Of a DNA stretch of 64,000 bases, positions 39,286-52,440 are shown piece after piece. Each line of letters opens with the position of its first letter. The stretch's first letter is position 1. Location: assembly GCF_001194135.2 (NCBI RefSeq), contig NC_068995.1:40123659-40187658 (forward strand), read 5' to 3'. Position numbers and translations under genes: made by a program. Source of the DNA: Octopus bimaculoides. Taxonomy: Eukaryota. Below the pieces are notes generated by a model, which was given only the letters and a program-made list of their open reading frames with translations, searched no databases and was not told the origin of the DNA.

Positions 39286-39359
<74 letters not shown>

Positions 39360-39674
39360 TTCATAAACGCCCACCCATACAACACATATACGCATATATA
39401 CATGCACATGTACTCGTAATCATACATACATCGCACTAATTCTTAAACATTAGCAGTTTTTAGTTGCCATGCAAAAACTTGTCAGTATATAACCATTTCT
39501 GTCCATTTGTAACGTGAACACATCGACAAAGTTCTTTGTTCATGTTTTCTATTGGTTGTCCTTGTTTTCGTCTTCATTCTTCCTTAATTTCCAAATATCA
39601 ATCAACCTCTTCACTGGTTACAACATGGTGCACTGGCTCTGCTTTGTCTGTCTCTTGGCAATACAGAATTTAAT

Positions 39675-39745
39675 TTATGGATTGGCTGTCGTTGATACTG
39701 ATGAGTAATTATTGTGATTTTCCAAACTCTGTGTATCGTTCGAAG
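39675..39745 (-). CDS. FST: Follistatin terminal coding exon (putative)
   Basis: Pyrimidine-rich acceptor TTTTTTCCAG|CTTCG. Phase 1 matches the FS3 donor; encodes SSNDTQSLENHNNYSSVSTTANP*. Assigned on splice signal and frame only. Confidence 0.6.
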
Positions 39746-40170
39746 CTGGAAAAAATTTAAAATAAAAGGAAATAGTATTCAAGTAAGAAAATGAAGAAAT
39801 ATATTATTTAGTAATATTTATGATCAAGTGTACGTATGCATGTATGTATGTATTTGTATGTATATACGTGTGTAGATCGCTGACCACTACATTTATATTT
39901 TTTTCTCCTTATTTCTTTCTGTGTTCCTTTCAGTTGAAGAGCGTAGCTCGAAACGTTAAAGACTTTCTCTATTCCCGAGCGTTAAACTAATACATCCTTT
40001 TGTTGTTTACATCACCTGTCCTCGTCTGTTGTTTTTTTTTTCGTAAATTATCCCATATGTATGTATAAATACATACATACATTTACGTGTGTATATATGT
40101 ATGTATGTATGTATGTATATATGTACATATGTATTAGTGTATGCATTGTGTATGTGTATATGTATGTTCT

Positions 40171-40508
40171 GTGGAGGCGCAATGGCCCAGTGTTTAGGGC
40201 AGCGGACTCGCGGTCATAGCATCACGGTTTCGATTCCCAGACCGGGCGTTGTGAGTGTTTATTGAGCGAAAACACCTAAAGCTCCAGCTCCACGAGGCTC
40301 CGGCAGGGGATGGTGGCGAACCCTGCTGTACTCTTTCACCACAATTTTCTCTCACTCTTACTTCCTGTTTCTGTTATACCTGTAATTCAAAGGGTCAGCT
40401 TTTTGTCACTCTGTGTCACGCTGAATATCCCCGAGAACTACATTAAGGGTACACGTGTCTGTGGAGTGCTCAGCCACTTGCACGTTAATTTCACGAGCAG
40501 GCTGTTCC
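40171..40508 (+). mobile_element. SINE family A, 3'-truncated
   Basis: Family A head and body, ending at GGCTGTTCC. Confidence 0.88.
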
Positions 40509-40859
40509 TTTGATTTTCCACTTTCACCAAATACAAGCATTTCTTTTAGCTAAATTGCATTCCTATGTCAGCTGAAAATTTTGTTATTAACTCCAGCTGT
40601 TTTTTTGACATTGATAACATTTTTAGCATAAATCTTCAGGTCGTACACACAAAAATAATGGGTTACATTAAGATTTCTAGCTGTTGCAAACCCTTTTTTT
40701 TTTGTCATTTATAGTAGGAATGATAATGGGTTTAATATCAAAATGAAAAGAATTGGAATATTCTTTCTGAACTATATATGATCGGAGACGGTCCACTCGC
40801 TCACAGTTAAGCGTGAGAATTGTTGCTCAGATCTTTAGGAGCTCCTCAAAAACAGCATC

Positions 40860-41310
40860 TATGGCTGCAAGTACTTTCGCCAAATGTAGCAACCATGAAT
40901 GAAGAAGTCAAATGCTTTCCTATAATCAAGCCATACTGACACCAGCGTTTCTGTTGTTTCCTTATTTGAGATTGTACAGCTTTGTTTATCAAAAGTTATT
41001 TGACACATGCCCAAGATCACTTCTTTCCATCTGCCTGCACACGTACGTATGTATGTATGCACGCATGTATATGCATGCATGTATGTACGTATGGTCTCAC
41101 ATTGGTAATAACTTTGAACAAACGACATGCGCACAAACAGAAGACAAAAATCTCGTGTTTAAAAATCTGAAGCCATAAGGCAAGGGAGAGAATTTCTACA
41201 CTCTCAACCCATGTCAGGAGAGGAATGCTGATCCCCGAATAACCACAAGTTTTGTTTCTGTCGATATCTTCCTAGAGGACGCTCTATTACACATTATATA
41301 TGTCATGAAG
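40860..41310 (-). mobile_element. R4/Dong-like RT fragment split by a microsatellite
   Basis: GMCQITFDKQ...LVSVWLDYRKAFD (W.DYRKAFDS motif). Confidence 0.6.
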
Positions 41311-41357
41311 AATGCTCAGTCCAGTTACTTTTCCGTTGCCTACTGTTGATATACACG

Positions 41358-41389
<32 letters not shown>

Positions 41390-41401
41390 GATATATTTAT
41401 A

Positions 41402-41561
41402 TATCAGGTTGAGTATAAAGTAAGCAACGTTTTGAACCATGAAGAATTTGTACCAGGTTTTTACAGAGTTTTGAATTTTGTTTTAAACAGTTTTTTTTGC
41501 AATTGTCTGATAATACAGACATAGACTTTCGCAAATACATCAATAAATTAACATTGGTATT

Positions 41562-41594
<33 letters not shown>

Positions 41595-42632
41595 CACCTT
41601 TGTTAAAATCATCTGAAATGGAACTGTCAAAGCGCGGTATTCAAGCAATTTTGTTATTCAACTTCAAAAAAAGAGCGTAAAGCAGCTGAAACTGCTCGCG
41701 ATATCAACGAAACGTTTGATGAGGAAATGACCAGTGAGTGGTCAGCTCGAAAATGGTTTAAACGATTTCGCAGCGGAGACCTGGGCCTTGAAGATTGTGA
41801 GCGTAGTGGAATGCCCATCTGTCATCGATGACGATCAATTAAAGTCCGTCATTGAGAAAGATCCACGTAAAACCACTCGAGAACTAGCAAAAGAACTAGC
41901 AAAAGTTAGCCAGAAAACTGCCTGCAACCATTTTCATGCGATCATAAAATCAATAAAGTACGAAAAATAGGTACCTCGCAGTTTGAATGAAAACCAGAAA
42001 ATGCGCAGATATGAAATTTGCTCGTCGCTTCTTCTCCACAACCAGACCGATCCATTTCTCGACCCTATTGTAACTTGCGATGAGAAGTGGATACAGTACA
42101 ATAATGAAAAAAAAATGTTCTTCGCAGTGGTTGGACCAAAATGAAGCACCAAAAGCCTTCCCTAAACCCGAGCTCTTCACAAAAGAAGGTTATGGTGACT
42201 GTTTGGTGATGTACTGCTGGACCCATCCACTAAAACTCCTTAAAACCTGGAAAAACCATTACTGCAGAAACGTATTGCCATGAAAAGGCCAAAGTGAACG
42301 AAAAACTGCTATTCCTCCGTCTCAGACTGGTCAGCAGAAGAGGGCCAATCATTCTTCATGACAATGCTTGACCACACGTTTCACTAATGACGCTTCAGAA
42401 GTTGAGGGAACTTCGCTATGAAGTCCTTTCCCACATGTTTATTTCCCAGACCTTTCTCCTACCGACTACCACTTTTTCACTCTCCTTGATGGTTTCCTGC
42501 GAGAGAAGGAGTTAAAAAATCAAACCGATACTGAAAGTGTGTTCAAAGAGTTCATCAGTTCCAGGACTCCAGATTTTTATGTTACCAGAATAAACAAACT
42601 TGTAACTCGTTAGCAAAAACCGGTTGAGTACT
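41402..42632 (+). mobile_element. Near full-length mariner relic
   Basis: TIR-like TATCAGGTTGAGTATAAAGTAAG. KAAETARDINETF, SARKWFKRFRSGD, DPRKTTRELA, IVTCDEKW, HDNA*PH, PDLSPTDYHFF; many stops and frameshifts. Confidence 0.88.
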
Positions 42633-43533
42633 CTACCATTAAGGTAAACGGCTATGGTCCAGGCTGTGTCCTCTTCAGCCACATCTGGTTTTTCGAGTAC
42701 TCCAGAGTTGTATGTAGATACTGCGTTTGTGCTTAACATTTGAAAATACTTGAAAATAGTTTTTGCAGAGTAATTCCTGGAAAAAGTTTTGGTACCATTT
42801 ATTCACCATTATGCGTGTGCTCATCCTTTAGGGGTCGATGAAATAAGTACTCATTGTGCACTGGGGTTGGTGTAATCGAGGTACCCTGTCCCCGAAATTG
42901 CTGTCCTTGTGCCAAAATTTGAAATCAATTATTTGAATCCTTCATATTTTGCTCTTGTTAATTTGTCGTATTTTGCGATGTTTTTATTATTTCTATAATA
43001 ATAAACGCGAAATTTTGTCTCTCCGTCCGTTTGGGACCCCTGTATCTCAGTCTACATTTTGCTCTACATAGACATATGATACCTTTTGGGAATCAGGATA
43101 ATCCTGGGATTGAAAAATCTGCCCTTAATTTAGTTCTTGAACATCGAGCATTGGGATCGGGTCTGGATGAGGACCAGTTATGTACTAAAAATTGAAAATT
43201 CTAATTTTAAGGGAACTCCAAACATTTGTGAACTTCCAAGTTTTTCATTTAAATTGAATTTAGAATAATACCATATTGGTAGGGTACCAATAAATGCTTT
43301 ATCATTGCTCTCTTTAGTTTGAGCCACAGGCGCAATTAGCCCTTCGTAGGAGCCAGCTTAAAAGTCCGTACGGAGTGCGGTTTTATCATATTCGGGTTCA
43401 GTAAACAACTTTTATCTCCTAAACACCTCTTGTCTCATTTCCACATATTGTCAATTTGTGTTTCAAAAAAAATAAATAAAACGAAAGAATAATAAAAAAA
43501 AAAGAAATGTTCCGAAAAAAAAATACAACTTAC

Positions 43534-43761
43534 ATTTACAGCTCCCTGTATGTACAGCTTTAATATAAATTCCCTGTTTGCAAGCACTGGCGCTGAGATC
43601 GCAGTAGTTCTCATAAGTGCGGTTGTTTGTGCCACACACTCTAACACTTGGCACATGTTCACAATGGCGGTTGCAACCGTAGCACACAGGGCGGCCATTT
43701 CTTGGATCGGTTAGACACGTCTTGCCAGACGGACAAACAATATTACTACAATTAGCATTTT
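43534..43761 (-). CDS. FST: Follistatin FS3 domain exon
   Basis: TTTACAG|AA..AAA T|GTAAGT, 228 bp, phase 1-1. NANCSNIVCPSGKTC..PVCYGCNRHC..RVCGTNNRTYENYCDLSASACKQGIYIKAVHTGSCK, 10 Cys. Confidence 0.93.
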
Positions 43762-43924
43762 CTGTAAATGATATAAAGTTTGAAATGAGACAAAAACATA
43801 CGGCAATAAATCATTGGTTGCGTTGCTAATAATTCATCAGAACTTTAAAAGAAAACGCGATTGATGTTACTTAGTGTGACTGCATAGTCGCATAATTAAT
43901 AGGGTAATGAATTAAATTATTCTT

Positions 43925-44210
43925 TTCTACTCTAGGCACAAGGCCCGAATTTTTGCGGGAAGGGGGCCAGTCGAATAGATTGATCCCAGTACTTAATTTA
44001 TCGGCGGCGAAAGGATGAAAGGCAAACTTGATCTCGGCGGAATTTGAACTCAGAACGTAGAGACAGACGAAATACCGCGAAGCATTTCGCCCGGTGTGCT
44101 AACGTTTCTTATTTCTTTACTGCCCACAAGAGGCTACTCACAGAGAGGACAAACAAGGACAGACAAACGGATTAAGTCGATAATATCGACCCCAGTGCGT
44201 AACTGGTACT
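43925..44210 (-). mobile_element. SINE family C, composite
   Basis: CTACTCTAGGCACAAGGCCCG...GGATGAAAGGCAAA...TTTGAACTCAGAACG...GCATTTCGCCCGG. Confidence 0.75.
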
Positions 44211-44365
44211 TGGGATCTTTTTTAAAACGGGGGCCACATTTTTCATTAACGAAACACTTTGAAACTTGGAACACTGGTAGAATGTGTCATATAAAACATC
44301 TTTTTCTCTTAGTCTTCTTAAAAAAAAAAGAAAGAAAGAGACTGAGAAAAATGTAAACGTGTTAC

Positions 44366-44536
44366 CTCGACACCTTCCATGATATGCTAATCTGATACTG
44401 CGTCCCTGTTGGCAAGCTGTTGATATGAGATGACAGAAACTGTTATGCGTATTGCCGTTTTCGTCACAGAGATAACGTCGTATTTGGTTTGGACTGCAGT
44501 GTTGGTTACAATAGACACAGTGGGGTAATGTCGTGC
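44366..44536 (-). other. Identical partial second copy of the follistatin FS2 exon, truncated by a gap
   Basis: 44321-44536 equals 45620-45835, including the donor; flanks diverge beyond the shared poly-A. Confidence 0.85.
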
Positions 44537-45664
44537 NNNNNNNNNNNNNNNNNNNNNNNNNNNNNNNNNNNNNNNNNNNNNNNNNNNNNNNNNNNNNNNN
44601 NNNNNNNNNNNNNNNNNNNNNNNNNNNNNNNNNNNNNNNNNNNNNNNNNNNNNNNNNNNNNNNNNNNNNNNNNNNNNNNNNNNNNNNNNNNNNNNNNNNN
44701 NNNNNNNNNNNNNNNNNNNNNNNNNNNNNNNNNNNNNNNNNNNNNNNNNNNNNNNNNNNNNNNNNNNNNNNNNNNNNNNNNNNNNNNNNNNNNNNNNNNN
44801 NNNNNNNNNNNNNNNNNNNNNNNNNNNNNNNNNNNNNNNNNNNNNNNNNNNNNNNNNNNNNNNNNNNNNNNNNNNNNNNNNNNNNNNNNNNNNNNNNNNN
44901 NNNNNNNNNNNNNNNNNNNNNNNNNNNNNNNNNNNNNNNNNNNNNNNNNNNNNNNNNNNNNNNNNNNNNNNNNNNNNNNNNNNNNNNNNNNNNNNNNNNN
45001 NNNNNNNNNNNNNNNNNNNNNNNNNNNNNNNNNNNNNNNNNNNNNNNNNNNNNNNNNNNNNNNNNNNNNNNNNNNNNNNNNNNNNNNNNNNNNNNNNNNN
45101 NNNNNNNNNNNNNNNNNNNNNNNNNNNNNNNNNNNNNNNNNNNNNNNNNNNNNNNNNNNNNNNNNNNNNNNNNNNNNNNNNNNNNNNNNNNNNNNNNNNN
45201 NNNNNNNNNNNNNNNNNNNNNNNNNNNNNNNNNNNNNNNNNNNNNNNNNNNNNNNNNNNNNNNNNNNNNNNNNNNNNNGATTAATTTAACTTTAGTTACA
45301 CCTTTAATGCTCTTGGGAAAGGTGTAACAATCAAATCATTTTCTTCGAAAATATGGGATCTTTGTTAAAAGGAAAAATGCTGTTTTATTCAGTATCGATG
45401 TTATCGAAAGGTATTGAGTTGTATAAAGTAAACTTCAAAAGCAGGAAAACATTTTTTAACTGATTAATGAAACGAGAAATATCTATAAATAAGGTATTGG
45501 AAACTTAAACTGTTACCACTTGACATAATGGATTCGTTTTCACATCTGATTAATGTATTGATTAGAAAGCATTTTATTTTTCAGATAATACTGTAAATTT
45601 TTCATTAAACTGAAAAAAAAAAAAAAAAGAAAGAAAGAGACTGAGAAAAATGTAAACGTGTTAC

Positions 45665-45889
45665 CTCGACACCTTCCATGATATGCTAATCTGATACTGC
45701 GTCCCTGTTGGCAAGCTGTTGATATGAGATGACAGAAACTGTTATGCGTATTGCCGTTTTCGTCACAGAGATAACGTCGTATTTGGTTTGGACTGCAGTG
45801 TTGGTTACAATAGACACAGTGGGGTAATGTCGTGCGATCCTCGATACACCGCTTTCTAGTGCTGTAGCAGCTGACACCTTTGCACGAAT
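45665..45889 (-). CDS. FST: Follistatin FS2 domain exon
   Basis: TTTGTTTAG|AT..CGA G|GTAAC, 225 bp, phase 1-1. SCKGVSCYSTRKRCIED..PHCVYCNQHC..YLCDENGNTHNSFCHLISTACQQGRSIRLAYHGRCR, 10 Cys (frame absent from the ORF track). Confidence 0.92.
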
Positions 45890-46240
45890 CTAAACAAACA
45901 AAACAAAAAAAAAAAGCAATAAAGAAAACGGATTAGAATGATTGGAATGAGACTGTTATATTACAGAAGACTGTGTCTCCGGCATATTTCTGCAGAAAGC
46001 TATACTGATATAGCTAAGCAATCAATTGCTTCAATGACAGAGAAAAGCAAATGAAGCGAGCCAAAGGAATTGGCACAATCAGGCATAGAAACTGTGCCGT
46101 GAACAAATAGGTTGCAAGGGCTCTAGCGCCACATTACTATGCAAGGGCAATGAGCGAGGAAATTTTCTATGATTAACAACAAAACTAAGGGGAGTAGTCC
46201 GGAATTATAATTATTCAGTCAGTAACTAGGGGGAAAATTA

Positions 46241-46940
46241 GATCATAACCACATGGTTCCGGGTTCAGTCCCACTGCGTGGTACCTTGGGCAAGTTTCTT
46301 CTACTATAGCCTCGGGCCGACCAAAGCCTTGTGAATGGATTTGGTAGACGGAAACTGAAAGAGGCTCGTCGTATATATGTACATATATATATATGTATGT
46401 GTGTGTATATGTTTGTGTGTCTGTGTTTGTCCCCCCAACTTCGCTTGACAACCGATGTTGGTGTGTTTACGTCCCCGTAACTTAGCGGTTCGGCAAAAAG
46501 AGACCGATACAATAAGTACAAGGCTTCCAAAGAATAAGTCCTGGGGTTGATTTGCTTNNNNNNNNNNGATCATAACCACATGGTTCCGGGTTCAGTCCCA
46601 CTGCGTGGTACCTTGGGCAAGTTTCTTCTACTATAGCCTCGGGCCGACCAAAGCCTTGTGAATGGATTTGGTAGACGGAAACTGAAAGAGGCTCGTCGTA
46701 TATATGTACATATATATATATGTATGTGTGTGTATATGTTTGTGTGTCTGTGTTTGTCCCCCCAACTTCGCTTGACAACCGATGTTGGTGTGTTTACGTC
46801 CCCGTAACTTAGCGGTTCGGCAAAAAGAGACCGATACAATAAGTACAAGGCTTCCAAAGAATAAGTCCTGGGGTTGATTTGCTTGACTAAAGGTGGTGCC
46901 CCAGCATGGCCGCAGTCAAATGACTGAAACAAGTAAAAGA
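46241..46940 (+). mobile_element. SINE family D; 317 bp duplicated across a 10-N gap
   Basis: 46241-46557 is identical to 46568-46884; ends in CAGTCAAATGACTGAAACAAGTAAAAGA. Confidence 0.88.
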
Positions 46941-46959
46941 ATATAGTGTTATCACAATA

Positions 46960-47700
46960 TTTGTTGACGAAGCCCTTTCTGCCCCACTCTCGATCATTTT
47001 AATAGTTTCTCAAAGATAGCTTTTGTCCCCCACTTTCTTGTTCTTATAAAGCAATGATTTACCGGATGGTCTTTAAATTGCCCCCGAACTTTTTGTAATC
47101 ACACCACATCCACAGAGAACCTTCACACCACACACCTAATCTGCATGGGTTCCTTGAAAGAAGATCTTCAGATCGTCTTCCAGGAAGACCATGCCAACTT
47201 TATCTCTTTTAACATCAAAAAGTAACTCACGAACTACTCACATCAAGGAAACATTACTGCACCTCCTATCAAACATGAGTGGCTCTCAGTTAGAACCAAC
47301 ACTGTCACTCCAAATACTGGTCACATCCTTAACATAATTAGAATCGCATCTCCAAAACTTCGGGGGTAAGAAAATATTTTCGTCCCCAGCAGCTATTGTC
47401 GTTCTGCAAGGCTCAAGTGAGAGCCACAATGGAGTACTACTCCTACACATGGGAAAGTGTTGCTGTTACGCTCACAGACATTTGGACCGCATTTAGAGAA
47501 GATTCACTTGTGTCATGAGTATTCAAACACTAATACGGATACATTATAGCCTCTGGTATACAGCTATACTGTCTCTTCTCTGTGTTTTCTATCACCACTT
47601 TTACGGCCTCTGTTCTTTGGAGTTGGCAGGTGTTGTACCTCCATCATTTTGGCACCCACGACCCACTCTTCACACTTGTTGCACCCCACCCCTGGTCTCG
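46960..47700 (-). mobile_element. Degenerate LINE 5'/endonuclease region (CR1/L2-like)
   Basis: Minus-strand frame MVFLEDDLKIFFQGTHAD*VCGVKV..CGVIT...RPSG resembles an AP-endonuclease segment. Confidence 0.4.
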
Positions 47701-48603
47701 CGCTAACTATNNNNNNNNNNNNNNNNNNNNNNNNNNNNNNNNNNNNNNNNNNNNNNNNNNNNNNNNNNNNNNNNNNNNNNNNNNNNNNNNNNNNNNNNNN
47801 NNNNNNNNNNNNNNNNNNNNNNNNNNNNNNNNNNNNNNNNNNNNNNNNNNNNNNNNNNNNNNNNNNNNNNNNNNNNNNNNNNNNNNNNNNNNNNNNNNNN
47901 NNNNNNNNNNNNNNNNNNNNNNNNNNNNNNNNNNNNNNNNNNNNNNNNNNNNNNNNNNNNNNNNNNNNNNNNNNNNNNNNNNNNNNNNNNNNNNNNNNNN
48001 NNNNNNNNNNNNNNNNNNNNNNNNNNNNNNNNNNNNNNNNNNNNNNNNNNNNNNNNNNNNNNNNNNNNNNNNNNNNNNNNNNNNNNNNNNNNNNNNNNNN
48101 NNNNNNNNNNNNNNNNNNNNNNNNNNNNNNNNNNNNNNNNNNNNNNNNNNNNNNNNNNNNNNNNNNNNNNNNNNNNNNNNNNNNNNNNNNNNNNNNNNNN
48201 NNNNNNNNNNNNNNNNNNNNNNNNNNNNNNNNNNNNNNNNNNNNNNNNNNNNNNNNNNNNNNNNNNNNNNNNNNNNNNNNNNNNNNNNNNNNNNNNNNNN
48301 NNNNNNNNNNNNNNNNNNNNNNNNNNNNNNNNNNNNNNNNNNNNNNNNNNNNNNNNNNNNNNNNNNNNNNNNNNNNNNNNNNNNNNNNNNNNNNNNNNNN
48401 NNNNNNNNNNNNNNNNNNNNNNNNNNNNNNNNNNNNNNNNNNNNNNNNNNNNNNNNNNNNNNNNNNNNNNNNNNNNNNNNNNNNNNNNNNNNNNNNNNNN
48501 NNNNNNNNNNNNNNNNNNNNNNNNNNNNNNNNNNNNNNNNNNNNNNNNNNNNNNNNNNNNNNNNNNNNNNNNNNNNNNNNNNNNNNNNNNNNNNNNNNNN
48601 NNN

Positions 48604-48682
<79 letters not shown>

Positions 48683-48795
48683 TGTATGTATGTATGTATG
48701 TGTGTATGTATGTATGTTTGTATATATGGAACAATTGCAGCGTGGACGAGGTTTAGTACTATATATATATACATAGATATAAACATACATATGTA

Positions 48796-49430
48796 TACGA
48801 GGTCTGATCAATAAGTATCCGTATTGTTGCTATAGTAACGAAGCTAAAGTCCGCTGAGTGAAGCGGCTTGGCAAAGACTGACCTTGAACTCTGCTGAGCA
48901 TAAGCAGTAAGTTTTAGTGTTCTAACTCACTTCTACTGTTTACAACAGTGCTTGAAAGGATCGCGTATGGCATGTGATCGTCGCATTGACCGTGACAGAG
49001 AAAGTTTTCATGGTGATACCTGCTCAGAGGCTGACGCAAAGATGCAGAAAAGGTATGAAGAGGAGTGTATGAGCCGCACACAAATGTACGAATGGTTCAG
49101 ACGTTTCCAAGATGGCCGAAAAATGTCGATATTGACGAACGTTTTGGGAGATACGCAACCATCAGAACTGAGAAAAACATTGCAGAATTGCGTGCAGCTG
49201 TGATGGCAAATCGTCGAATCTCCATCCATGAGTTATCAGAGGATATGCAGATTAGTTACGGTTCAGTTCAATTCATTATCACTGAAGATTTGAGTATGAG
49301 ACGCGTGTGTGACAAGTTAGGGACAAAACTGCTTTCAGCTGACCAAATAGACACACGGGTTTCAGTTGCACAAGATTGTGTCGGGAACGAAGAAAACTTT
49401 TTGAAAACTCTGTTCGTCTTTCTCTTTCAT
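48796..49430 (+). mobile_element. Mariner 5' half relic
   Basis: TA+CGAGGTCTGATCAATAAGTATCCG TIR-like start; CMSRTQMYEWFRRFQDG, NRRISIHELSEDMQISYGSVQFIITEDLSMRRV. Confidence 0.82.
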
Positions 49431-49694
49431 GGTCATTGTGACGATCACACGCTACACACCTTCCTTCCAAGCACTGCTATAAACAGAGGAAGTAAGCTAG
49501 AACGTTGAAATTTAGTGCGCATGCACAGCAGTGTTCAGGGTCAATCTGCACCAAGCAGCTTTACTCAGCGAGCGTCAGCTTCGTTTCTATGGCAACAATT
49601 CGGATACTTATTGATCAGACCACTTATATATTTATATATATGTACATATGCATGTATACATATGCATATGCATGTATATATATGCATATGCATG

Positions 49695-49759
<65 letters not shown>

Positions 49760-50082
49760 TACTCAAAGAAATTCCACTTTCGATTTTCACGTTTTACTTA
49801 CAATCTTATAATCAGACAAGATAACATAACATAATGAATTTACAGTTGTAAATTGTAAAACATAACAGTCACCACTACTATATAAAACACCTGAAGATTG
49901 CATAGTTTAATGCATGAAAGTACTAGTTCAATCTGAATGGACATCTAATATTCTATCATTTCATTATATTATATTATCTTATATTATTATAGGATTGTAA
50001 ATAAAATGTGGAAACCAGACAAAGTTGGAATTTCTTTGAGTAATATATTCTTCTATACATAACCATACACACCTGTGTATGC

Positions 50083-50157
<75 letters not shown>

Positions 50158-50437
50158 GNNNNNNNNNNNNNNNNNNNNNNNNNNNNNNNNNNNNNNNNNN
50201 NNNNNNNNNNNNNNNNNNNNNNNNNNNNNNNNNNNNNNNNNNNNNNNNNNNNNNNNNNNNNNNNNNNNNNNNNNNNNNNNNNNNNNNNNNNNNNNNNNNN
50301 NNNNNNNNNNNNNNNNNNNNNNNNNNNNNNNNNNNNNNNNNNNNNNNNNNNNNNNNNNNNNNNNNNNNNNNNNNNNNNNNNNNNNNNNNNNNNNNNNNNN
50401 NNNNNNNNNNNNNNNNNNNNNNNNNNNNNNNNNNNNA

Positions 50438-50665
50438 CATGTGTGTGTGTGTGGACTGTGTCTGTATTTGGCCCCCATCATCGCTTGACAACCGGTTTTG
50501 GTGCGTTTACGTCCACGTAACGTAGCGGTTCGGTAAAAGAGATTGATAGAATAAGTACTAGGCTTTACAAAAAATAAGTCCTGGGGTCGATTTGTTCGAC
50601 TAAAACCCTTCAAGGTGGTGCTGCAGCATGACCGCAGTTAAATGGCTGAAAAAGGTAAAAGAATA
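50438..50665 (+). mobile_element. SINE family D 3' half
   Basis: CATCGCTTGACAACCG...GATAGAATAAGTACTAGGC...AAGGTGGTGCTGCAGCATGACCGCAG. Confidence 0.8.
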
Positions 50666-50676
50666 AATATTTATAC

Positions 50677-50710
<34 letters not shown>

Positions 50711-50751
50711 TCTGCAAACGAAAACCAAACAAGATGGTAGAGAAAACTCAC

Positions 50752-50979
50752 TGCGACACGATCCCAAGTAAGCAATGCTGACGGACTTTCTATGTCGACA
50801 GTTATATTTCAGTAGACTGCAATGGTTCCGATATTCTTTGCCATCAGAACCACATAGTTTACCACGATAGTTCTGGAAGCGGGATGGCAGTGTACAATTA
50901 GGAGCGCAAATACAGCGCGGTTGCCCTCCTCGCATGCGACAGACTTTGTTTGCACCACAGTTTACGTTTTCGCAGTTTG
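50752..50979 (-). CDS. FST: Follistatin FS1 domain exon
   Basis: TTTCAG|CA..CGC A|GTGAGT, 228 bp, phase 1-1. NCENVNCGANKVCRMRGGQPRCICAPNC..LCGSDGKEYRNHCSLLKYNC..YLGSCR parallels vertebrate CENVDCGPGKKCRM..PRCVCAPDC. Confidence 0.95.
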
Positions 50980-51581
50980 CTGAAATGTAAAATAAATATT
51001 ACAGAACAATTACATGAAATTAATCAAGGGATTCGATAGGTGTATATAGTGTTCAGGCTAAATTTGACGATTTTTTAAGTTTCCTTTTTTTATAACTTTT
51101 TCAGATCGCCAGATCATGAGTTCAATTCCCTAAGCGAGCGCGTATGGTAGGTATTCTTTAGAAAACCATTTCATTTCAGGTTCCTCGATTGGTGTATACC
51201 GGGTGCTCAAGCTAAATTTGACGTTTTTAAGTCACCTTTCTTTTCAAATCGGCAGATCAGAAGTTTGATACCCGAACCGAGCAGCATATTGTGTTCTTGA
51301 GCAAAACATTTCATTTCACCTTCCTCTGTTGCTATGTGGGGACCGGCATATCACAGAATAGACCCAACCTTACCTCTGCATGTCGTAATAGGCGACTAAA
51401 AGAGGTTGAGGGAGGATTTGCACTCCGGCCTTGTAAAACCCTCACCAGCAACGGCTACCCAAACAGACCCGTGGGCTGGAGGGTTATCACTTTGGTGGTG
51501 CAAAAGTGTCAACTGTCTCGAGGAGTAGGGAATCACCAACAAGTGGTGGATGCAGCAACACGTTGTTACAGCACATGGTCC

Positions 51582-51725
<144 letters not shown>

Positions 51726-51869
51726 ATTTTGATGCATTGGTTAATAGTCATCAACGTTAGAGAATATAAAGGTTAACGTTGATAATTGAGGAAAAGCTAG
51801 CTGCCATGGAGGATCGGAAGCCATCTGGATATCGGAAAAGAGTTAGCCTTATCTGGACGATTAGCACTG

Positions 51870-52440
51870 GATATCAAAATGCCGATATCATGACAGCTGC
51901 TCAATGTTCTGCGAACCCTGTAAAGGTTGTAAGATGTGACATGGATATCATGGAAACAAAGTCCTTCCAATCTGCGTTGGTCTTTGGTTGTGTCCCCAGT
52001 GAAGGAGACGCCATGCCATCCACGTCTATGAACAGGGCCTTAGGCTCAACTTAGACAACTATGTGAAGCTGTTGGAGACTGTGATAAATCCCTGGCTGGA
52101 AAGGGTTGCTGCTGGATGGCTAAACTTGTGACAGCAGGGTTCGGCGCTTTGGAATACCTCTGCAAAGAGTCAGAAATGGTTGACGGAGAATTTCTACATC
52201 TTCACCAGCTCCAGTTTCTGGTCTTCTAATTACCTCTATTGCAGTTCAATGGATTACTATGTCTGGCGAGGTTGAGAGAAATACTCATCTCTCCTACCTG
52301 CAATATCAAGGGCCGAGTTCGTAGCCAAGATCAAGACGGTATTTGAAGATTTCCCAGGAGCGCAGTGAGAACACATGTACCAGGTTTTGGATCCGTTTTG
52401 GGGCTCTGGTGAAAGCTGAGGACAGCTACTTTGAGTAAAT
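51870..52440 (+). mobile_element. Tc1/mariner-superfamily (maT/DD37D-like) transposase relic
   Basis: VFGCVPSEGDAMP, YVKLLETVINPWL, *QQGSA, MDYYVW, ALVKAEDSYFE* (compare QQDSAP, LNPLDY, AVI.A.GGY.E). Confidence 0.7.

Noticed and set aside
42992-43349. Possible non-autonomous Helitron (TC start, hairpin near end)
   Set aside because: Lacks the CTRR end and the A|T target; insufficient support.
45686-45877. Track ORF MSAATALESG...
   Set aside because: Wrong frame; the true FS2 reading frame overlaps it.
46241-46884. Apparent tandem SINE D dimer
   Set aside because: Exact 317-bp overlap around a 10-N gap: assembly artefact.
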